A stretch of 64,000 nucleotides of DNA from Eledone cirrhosa (lineage: Eukaryota), in NCBI GenBank assembly GCA_964016885.1, contig OZ024741.1, forward strand, positions 12,400,001 through 12,464,000, given 5' to 3'. Below, piece after piece: positions 54,701 through 64,000 of the stretch. The stretch's first letter is position 1. Each line of letters starts with the position of its first letter. The notes beneath the pieces are model-generated. The model made no database searches. It had not been told where the DNA came from and saw only the letters and a program-made list of their open reading frames with translations. A program made the position numbers and the translations under genes.

Positions 54701-55281
54701 TTTCAGTTTGATATAGTAGTTTGGGGAGGTATATGTCTGTTGGTTTCAGTTTGATATAGTAGTTTGGGGAGGTATATGACCGTTGGTTTCAGTTTGATAT
54801 AGGAGTTTGGGGAGGTATATGACTGTTGGTTTCAGTTATATATAGTAGTTTGGGGAGGTATATGACTGTTGGATTCAGTTGATATAGTAGTTTGGGGAGG
54901 TGTATGACTGTTGATTTCAGTTATATATAGTAGTTTGGGGAGGTATATGTTTGTTGGTTTCAGTTTGATATAGTAGTTTGGGGAGGTATATGACTGTTGG
55001 TTTCAGTTTGATATAGTCGTTTGGGAGGTATATGACTGTTGGTTTCAGTTTGATATAGTCGTTTGGGGAGGTATATGACTGTTGGTTTCAGTTTGATATA
55101 GTAGTTTGGGGAGGTATATGACTGTTGGTTTCAGTTAGATATAGTAGTTTGGGGAGGTATATGACTGTTGGTTTCAGTTTGATATAGTAGTTAGGGGAGG
55201 TATATGACAGTTGCTTTCAGTTAGATATATTAGTTTGGGGAGGTATATGATTGTTGGTTTCAATTAGATATAGTAGTCTGG

Positions 55282-58200
55282 GGAGGTATATGACTGTTGG
55301 TTTCAGTTAGATATAGTAGTTTGGGGAGGTATATGACTGTTGGTTTCAGTTAGATATAGTAGTTGGGGAGGTATATGATTGTTGGTTTCAGTTAGATATA
55401 GTAGTTTGTGGAGGTATATGACTGTTGGTTTCAGTTTGATATAGTAGTTTGGGGAGGTATATGTCTGTTGGTTTCAGTTTGATATAGTAGTTTGGGCAGG
55501 TATATGACCGTTGGTTTCAGTTTGATATAGGAGTTTGGGGAGGTATATGACTGTTGGTTTCAGTTATGTATAGTAGTTTGGGGAGGTATATGACTGTTGG
55601 ATTCAGTTGATATCGTAGTTTGGGTAGGTATATGACTGTTGATTTCAGTTATATATAGTAGTTTGGGGAGGTATATGTTTGTTGGTTTCAGTTTGATATA
55701 GTAGTTTGGGGAGGTATATGACTGTTGGTTTCAGTTTGATATAGTAGTTTGGGAGGTATATGACTGTTGGTTTCAGTTTGATATAGTCGTTTGGGGAGGT
55801 ATATGACTGTTGGTTTCAGTTTTATATAGTAGTTTGGGGAGCTATATGACTGTTGGTTTCAGTTAGATATAGTAGTTTGGGGAGGTATATGACTGTAGGT
55901 TTCAATTTGATATAGTAGTTAGGGGAGGTATATGACTGTAGGTTTCAGTTAGATATAGTAGTTTGGGGAGGTATATGACTGTTGGTTTCAGTTAGGTATA
56001 GTAGTTTGGGGAGGTATATGACTGTAGGTTTCAGTTAGTTATAGAAGTTTGGGGAGGTATATGACTGTTGGTTTCAATTTGATATAGTAGTTTGGGGAGG
56101 TATATGACTGTTGGTTTCAGTTGATATAGTAGTTTGGGGAGGTATATGACTGTAGGTTTCAGTTAGTTATAGAAGTTTGGGGAGGTATATGACTGTTGGT
56201 TTCAATTTGATATAGTAGTTTGGGGAGGTATATGACTGTTGGTTTCAGTTTGATATAGTAGTTTGGGGAGGTATATGACTGTTGGTTTGAGTTAGAGATA
56301 GTAGTTTGGGGAGGTATATGACCGTTGGTTTCAATTAGATATAGTAGTTTGGGAGGTATATGACTGTTGGTTTAAGTTTGATATAGTAGCTTGGGGAGGT
56401 ATATGACTGTAGGTTTCAGTTTGATATAGTAGTTTGGGGAGGTGTATGACTGTTGGTTTCAGTTAGATATAGTAGTTTGGGGAGGTATATGACTGTAGGT
56501 TTCAGTTAGATATAGTAGTTTGGTGAGGTATATGACTGTTGGTTTAAGTTTGATATAGTAGTTTGGGGAGGTATATGACTGTAGGTTTCAGTTAGATATA
56601 GTAGTTTGGGGAGGTATATGACTGTAGGTTTCAGTTTGATATAGTAGTTTGGGGAGGTATATGACTGTTGGTTTCAGTTAGATATAGTAGTTTGGGGAGG
56701 TATATGACTGTTGGTTTATGTTTGATATAGTAGTTTGGGAGGTATATGACTGTTGGTTTCAGTTTGATATAGTAGTTTGGGGAGGTATATGACTGTAGGT
56801 TTCAGTTTGATATATTAGTTTGGGGAGGTGTATGACTGTTGGTTTCAGTTAGATATATTATTTTGGGGAGGTATATTACTGTTGGTTTCAGTTAGATATA
56901 GTAGTTTGGGGAGGTATATGACTGTTGGTTTAAGTTTGATATAGTAGTTTGGGGAGGTATATGACTGTAGGTTTCAGTTAGATTTAGTAGTTTGGGGAGG
57001 TATATGACTGTTGGTTTCAGTTAGATATAGTAGTTTGGGGAGGTATATGACTGTTGGTTTCAGTTAGATATAGTAGTTCGGGGAGGTATATGACTGTTCG
57101 TTTCAGTTTGACATAGTAGTTTGGGGAGGTATATGACTGTTGGTTTCAGTTAAATATAGTTGTTTGGGGAGGTATATGACTGTTGGTTTCAATTTGATAT
57201 AGTAGTTTGGGGAGGTATATGCCTGTTGGTTTCAGTTGATATAGTAGTTTGGGGAGGTATATGACTGTTGGTTTCAGTTAGATATAGTAGTTTGGGGAGG
57301 TATATGACTGTTGGTTTCAGTTAGATATATTAGTTTGGGGAGGTATATGACTGTTGGTTTGAGTTAAATATAGTAGTTTGAGGAGGTATATGTCTGTTGG
57401 TTTCAGTTGATATAGTAGTTTGGGGAGGTATATGACTGTTGGTGTAAGTTTGATATAGTAGTTTGGGGAGGTATATGACTGTTGGTTTCAGTTAGATATA
57501 GTAGTTTGGGGAGGTATATGACTGTAGGTTTCAGTTAGATATAGTAGTTTGGGGAGTTATATGATTGTTGGTTTCAGTTTGATATAGTAGTCTGGGGAGG
57601 TATATGACCGTTGGTTTCAATTAGATATAGTAGTTTGGGAGGTATATGACTGTTGGTTTAAGTTTGATATAGTAGTTGGGGAGGTATATGACTGTTGGTT
57701 TCAGTTGCATATAGTAGTTTGTGGAGGTATATGACTGTTGGTTTCAGTTAGATATAGTAGTTTGGGGAGGTATATGACTGTTGGTTTCAGTTAGATATAG
57801 TAGTTGGGGAGGTATATGATTGTTGGTTTCAGTTAGATATAGTAGTTTGTGGAGGTATATGACTGTTGGTTTCAGTTTGATATAGTAGTTTGGGGAGGTA
57901 TATGTCTGTTGGTTTCAGTTTGATATAGTAGTTTGGGCAGGTATATGACCGTTGGTTTCAGTTTGATATAGGAGTTTGGGGAGGTATATGACTGTTGGTT
58001 TCAGTTATGTATAGTAGTTTGGGGAGGTATATGACTGTTGGATTCAGTTGATATCGTAGTTTGGGTAGGTATATGACTGTTGATTTCAGTTATATATAGT
58101 AGTTTGGGGAGGTATATGTTTGTTGGTTTCAGTTTGATATAGTAGTTTGGGGAGGTATATGACTGTTGGTTTCAGTTTGATATAGTAGTTTGGGAGGTAT

Positions 58201-60190
58201 ATGACTGTTGGTTTCAGTTTGATATAGTCGTTTGGGGAGGTATATGACTGTTGGTTTCAGTTTTATATAGTAGTTTGGGGAGCTATATGACTGTTGGTTT
58301 CAGTTAGATATAGTAGTTTGGGGAGGTATATGACTGTAGGTTTCAATTTGATATAGTAGTTAGGGGAGGTATATGACTGTAGGTTTCAGTTAGATATAGT
58401 AGTTTGGGGAGGTATATGACTGTTGGTTTCAGTTAGGTATAGTAGTTTGGGGAGGTATATGACTGTAGGTTTCAGTTAGTTATAGAAGTTTGGGGAGGTA
58501 TATGACTGTTGGTTTCAATTTGATATAGTAGTTTGGGGAGGTATATGACTGTTGGTTTCAGTTGATATAGTAGTTTGGGGAGGTATATGACTGTAGGTTT
58601 CAGTTAGTTATAGAAGTTTGGGGAGGTATATGACTGTTGGTTTCAATTTGATATAGTAGTTTGGGGAGGTATATGACTGTTGGTTTCAGTTTGATATAGT
58701 AGTTTGGGGAGGTATATGACTGTTGGTTTGAGTTAGAGATAGTAGTTTGGGGAGGTATATGACCGTTGGTTTCAATTAGATATAGTAGTTTGGGAGGTAT
58801 ATGACTGTTGGTTTAAGTTTGATATAGTAGCTTGGGGAGGTATATGACTGTAGGTTTCAGTTTGATATAGTAGTTTGGGGAGGTGTATGACTGTTGGTTT
58901 CAGTTAGATATAGTAGTTTGGGGAGGTATATGACTGTAGGTTTCAGTTAGATATAGTAGTTTGGTGAGGTATATGACTGTTGGTTTAAGTTTGATATAGT
59001 AGTTTGGGGAGGTATATGACTGTAGGTTTCAGTTAGATATAGTAGTTTGGGGAGGTATATGACTGTAGGTTTCAGTTTGATATAGTAGTTTGGGGAGGTA
59101 TATGACTGTTGGTTTCAGTTAGATATAGTAGTTTGGGGAGGTATATGACTGTTGGTTTATGTTTGATATAGTAGTTTGGGAGGTATATGACTGTTGGTTT
59201 CAGTTTGATATAGTAGTTTGGGGAGGTATATGACTGTAGGTTTCAGTTTGATATATTAGTTTGGGGAGGTGTATGACTGTTGGTTTCAGTTAGATATATT
59301 ATTTTGGGGAGGTATATTACTGTTGGTTTCAGTTAGATATAGTAGTTTGGGGAGGTATATGACTGTTGGTTTAAGTTTGATATAGTAGTTTGGGGAGGTA
59401 TATGACTGTAGGTTTCAGTTAGATTTAGTAGTTTGGGGAGGTATATGACTGTTGGTTTCAGTTAGATATAGTAGTTTGGGGAGGTATATGACTGTTGGTT
59501 TCAGTTAGATATAGTAGTTCGGGGAGGTATATGACTGTTCGTTTCAGTTTGACATAGTAGTTTGGGGAGGTATATGACTGTTGGTTTCAGTTAAATATAG
59601 TTGTTTGGGGAGGTATATGACTGTTGGTTTCAATTTGATATAGTAGTTTGGGGAGGTATATGCCTGTTGGTTTCAGTTGATATAGTAGTTTGGGGAGGTA
59701 TATGACTGTTGGTTTCAGTTAGATATAGTAGTTTGGGGAGGTATATGACTGTTGGTTTCAGTTAGATATATTAGTTTGGGGAGGTATATGACTGTTGGTT
59801 TGAGTTAAATATAGTAGTTTGAGGAGGTATATGTCTGTTGGTTTCAGTTGATATAGTAGTTTGGGGAGGTATATGACTGTTGGTGTAAGTTTGATATAGT
59901 AGTTTGGGGAGGTATATGACTGTTGGTTTCAGTTAGATATAGTAGTTTGGGGAGGTATATGACTGTAGGTTTCAGTTAGATATAGTAGTTTGGGGAGTTA
60001 TATGATTGTTGGTTTCAGTTTGATATAGTAGTCTGGGGAGGTATATGACCGTTGGTTTCAATTAGATATAGTAGTTTGGGAGGTATATGACTGTTGGTTT
60101 AAGTTTGATATAGTAGTTGGGGAGGTATATGACTGTTGGTTTCAGTTGCATATAGTAGTTTGTGGAGGTATATGACTGTTGGTTTCAGTT
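55282..60190 (+). repeat. Tandem duplication, period 2441 bp (about 57 monomers)
   Basis: Private variants at +2441: gggcagg 55497/57938, gagctat 55841/58282, cagttgcat 57702/60143. Confidence 0.92.
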
Positions 60191-63100
60191 TGATATAGTA
60201 GTTTGGGGAGGTATATGACTGTTGGTTTCAGTTTGATATAGTAGTTTGGGGAGGTATATGACCGCTGGTTTCAGTTTGATATAGTAGTTTGGGGAGGTAT
60301 ATGACTGTAGGTTTCAGTTAGATATAGTAGTTTGGGAGGTATATGACTGTTGGTTTCAGTTTGATATAGTAGTTTCGGGAGGTATATGACTGTAGTTTTC
60401 AGTTTGATATAGTAGTTTGGGGAGGTATATGACTGTTGGTTTCAGTTAGATATAGTAGTTTGGGGAGGTATATGACTGTTGGTTTATGTTTGATATAGTA
60501 GTTTGGGAGGTATATGACTGTTGGTTTCAGTTTGATATAGTAGTTTGGGGAGGTATATGACTGTAGATTTCAGTTTGATATAGTAGTTTGGGGAGGTATA
60601 TGACTGTTGGTTTCAGTTAGATATAGTTGTTTGGGGAGGTATATGACTGTTGGTTTAAGTTTGATATAGTAGTTTGGGAGGTATATGACTGTTGGTTTAA
60701 GTTTGATATAGCAGTTTGGGGAGGTATATGACTGTTGGTTTCAGTTAGTTATAGTAGTTTGGGGAGGTATATGAGTGTAGGTTTCATTTAGATATAGTAG
60801 TTTGGGAGGTATATGACTGTTGGCTTCAGTTTGATATAGTAGTTTGGGGAGGTATATGACTGTAGGTTTCAGTTTGATATAGTAGTTTGGGGAGGTATAT
60901 GACTGTTGGTTTCAGTTTGATATAGTAGTTAGGGGAGGTATATGACAGTTGCTTTCAGTTAGATGTAGTAGTTTGGGGAGGTATATGACTCTTGGTTTCA
61001 GTTAGATATAGTAGTTTGGGGAGGTATATGACTGTTGGTTTCAGTTAGATATAGTAGTTTGGGGAGGTATATGACTGTTGGTTTCAGTTAGATATAGTAG
61101 TTGGGGAGGTATATGACTGTTGGTTTCAGTTGGATATAGTAGTTTGTGGAGGTATATGACTGTTGGTTTCAGTTTGATATAGTAGTTTGGGGAGGTATAT
61201 GACTGTTGGTTTCAGTTTGAGATAGTAGTTTGGGGAGGTATATGACCGTTGGTTTCAGTTTGATATAGGAGTATGGGGAGGTATATGACTGTTCGTTTCA
61301 GTTTGACATAGTAGTTTGGGGAGGTATATAACTGTTGGTTTCAGTTAGATTTAGTAGTTTGGGGAGGTATATGACTGTAGGTTTCAGTTAGATATAGTAG
61401 TTTGGGGAGGTATATGACTGTTGGTTTTAGTTTGTTATAGTTGTTTGGGGAGGTATATGACTGTTGGTTTCAATTTGATATAGTAGTTTGGGGAGGTATA
61501 TGCCTGTTGGTTTCAATTGATATAGTAGTTTGGGGAGGTATATGACTGTTGGTTTTAGTTAGATATAGTAGTTTGGGGAGGTATATGACTGTTGGTTTCA
61601 GTTAGATATAGTAGTTTGGGGAGGTATATGACTGTTGGTTTTAGTTAGATATAGTAGTTTGGGGAGGTATATGACTGTTGGTTTCAGTTAGATATAGTAG
61701 TTTGGGGAGGTATATGTCTGTTGGTTTCAGTTGATATAGTAGTTTGGGGAGGTATATGACTGTTGGTTTCAGTTAGATATAGTAGTTTGGGGAGGTATAT
61801 GACTGTAGGTTTCAGTTAGATATAGTAGTTTGGGGAGTTATATGATTGTTGGTTTCAGTTTGATATAGTAGTCTGGGGAGGTATATGACTATTGGTTTCA
61901 GTTTGATATTGTAGTTTGGGGAGGTATATGACCGTTGGTTTCAGTTTGATATAGGAGTGTGGGGAGGTATATGACTGTTGGTTTCAGTTAGATATAGTAG
62001 TTTGGGGAGGTATATGACTGTAGGTTTCAGTTAAATATAGTAGTTTGGGGAGGTATATGACTGTTGGTTTAAGTTTGATATAGTAGTTTGGGGAGGTATA
62101 TGACTGTAGGTTTCAGTTAGATATAGTAGTTTGGGAGGTATATGACCGTTGGTTTCAGTTTGATATAGTAGTTTGGGGAGGTATATGACTGTAGGTTTCA
62201 GTTTGATATAGTAGTTTGGGGAGGTATATGACTGTTGGTTTCAGTTTGATATAATAGTTAGGGGAGGTATATGACAGTTGCTTTCAGTTAGATATAGTAG
62301 TTTGGGGAGGTATATGACTGTTGGTTTCAGTTAGATATAGTAGTCTGGGGAGGTATATGACTGTTGGTTTCAGTTAGATATAGTAGTTTGGGGAGGTATA
62401 TGACTGTTGGTTTCAGTTAGATATAGTAGTTGGGGAGGTATATGATTGTTGGTTTCAGTTAGATATAGTAGTTTGTGGAGGTATATGACTGTTGGTTTCA
62501 GTTTGATATAGTAGTTTGGGGAGGTATATGTCTGTTGGTTTCAGTTTGATATAGTAGTTTGGGGAGGTATATGACCGTTGGTTTCAGTTTGATATAGGAG
62601 TTTGGGGAGGTATATGACTGTTGGTTTCAGTTATATATAGTAGTTTGGGGAGGTATATGACTGTTGGATTCAGTTGATATAGTAGTTTGGGGAGGTGTAT
62701 GACTGTTGATTTCAGTTATATATAGTAGTTTGGGGAGGTATATGTTTGTTGGTTTCAGTTTGATATAGTAGTTTGGGGAGGTATATGACTGTTGGTTTCA
62801 GTTTGATATAGTCGTTTGGGAGGTATATGACTGTTGGTTTCAGTTTGATATAGTCGTTTGGGGAGGTATATGACTGTTGGTTTCAGTTTGATATAGTAGT
62901 TTGGGGAGGTATATGACTGTTGGTTTCAGTTAGATATAGTAGTTTGGGGAGGTATATGACTGTTGGTTTCAGTTTGATATAGTAGTTAGGGGAGGTATAT
63001 GACAGTTGCTTTCAGTTAGATATATTAGTTTGGGGAGGTATATGATTGTTGGTTTCAATTAGATATAGTAGTCTGGGGAGGTATATGACTGTTGGTTTCA

Positions 63101-64000
63101 GTTAGATATAGTAGTTTGGGGAGGTATATGACTGTTGGTTTCAGTTAGATATAGTAGTTGGGGAGGTATATGATTGTTGGTTTCAGTTAGATATAGTAGT
63201 TTGTGGAGGTATATGACTGTTGGTTTCAGTTTGATATAGTAGTTTGGGGAGGTATATGTCTGTTGGTTTCAGTTTGATATAGTAGTTTGGGCAGGTATAT
63301 GACCGTTGGTTTCAGTTTGATATAGGAGTTTGGGGAGGTATATGACTGTTGGTTTCAGTTATGTATAGTAGTTTGGGGAGGTATATGACTGTTGGATTCA
63401 GTTGATATAGTAGTTTGGGTAGGTATATGACTGTTGATTTCAGTTATATATAGTAGTTTGGGGAGGTATATGTTTGTTGGTTTCAGTTTGATATAGTAGT
63501 TTGGGGAGGTATATGACTGTTGGTTTCAGTTTGATATAGTAGTTTGGGAGGTATATGACTGTTGGTTTCAGTTTGATATAGTCGTTTGGGGAGGTATATG
63601 ACTGTTGGTTTCAGTTTTATATAGTAGTTTGGGGAGGTATATGACTGTTGGTTTCAGTTAGATATAGTAGTTTGGGGAGGTATATGACTGTAGGTTTCAA
63701 TTTGATATAGTAGTTAGGGGAGGTATATGACTGTAGGTTTCAGTTAGATATAATAGTTTGGGGAGGTATATGACTGTTGGTTTCAGTTAGGTATAGTAGT
63801 TTGGGGAGGTATATGACTGTAGGTTTCAGTTAGTTATAGAAGTTTGGGGAGGTATATGACTGTTGGTTTCAATTTGATATAGTAGTTTGGGGAGGTATAT
63901 GACTGTTGGTTTCAGTTTGATATAGTAGTTTGGGGAGGTATATGACTGTTGGTTTCAGTTGATATAGTAGTTTGGGGAGGTATATGACTGTAGGTTTCAG

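Larger units (their letters stand above)
3047..64000 (+). repeat. 43-bp satellite DNA array, about 1,420 head-to-tail monomers, running off the right edge of the window
   Basis: Consensus TAGTAGTTTGGGGAGGTATATGACTGTTGGTTTCAGTTAGATA; period checked directly (GGGG at 3361 and 3404). Common variants are TGTAGG/TGTTGG, TTAGATA/TTTGATA and 42-bp units (GGG or TTGATA). All units are in the same orientation and no inserted foreign sequence was seen. Confidence 0.99.

Noticed and set aside
3047-64000. CRISPR array (hairpin repeat with GTTTC/GAAAC)
   Set aside because: No unique spacers, since the whole 43 bp repeats; no cas genes; eukaryotic context.
3047-64000. Satellite-encoded hammerhead ribozyme
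   Set aside because: GAAAC is present on the minus strand, but the CUGANGA core and three-stem layout are absent on both strands.
3047-64000. Repetitive protein-coding region or true telomere
   Set aside because: 43 is not a multiple of 3 and both strands contain stops, so every frame closes within a few units; TTAGGG occurs only as isolated variants, never in tandem.

Overview
Eukaryotic, non-genic window. About 95% of it (c.3047 to the window end at 64000) is one uninterrupted head-to-tail satellite array with a 43-bp monomer, consensus TAGTAGTTTGGGGAGGTATATGACTGTTGGTTTCAGTTAGATA, roughly 1,420 copies. The monomer is strongly strand-asymmetric and contains an imperfect 10-bp-arm hairpin. 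Monomer variants recur in fixed orders. These orders reveal higher-order modules, near-exact tandem duplications (periods 1973, 1029, 4540 and 2441 bp), dispersed duplications, and a layered organisation in which the left edge resembles the far right part more than the centre. The first 3 kb hold CAC/CAT and CAA microsatellites, a compound minisatellite, a T-rich tract, a decayed RTE-LINE 3' fragment and a diverged SINE. From memory the SINE resembles the octopus OR-type CORE-SINE, so the source is probably a cephalopod (unverified). None of the supplied ORFs is a credible gene; there is one weak candidate terminal exon on the minus strand. I found no protein-coding system. Any novelty lies in the satellite's structure and history. 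All offsets were read by eye from diagnostic variants, not computed by alignment.
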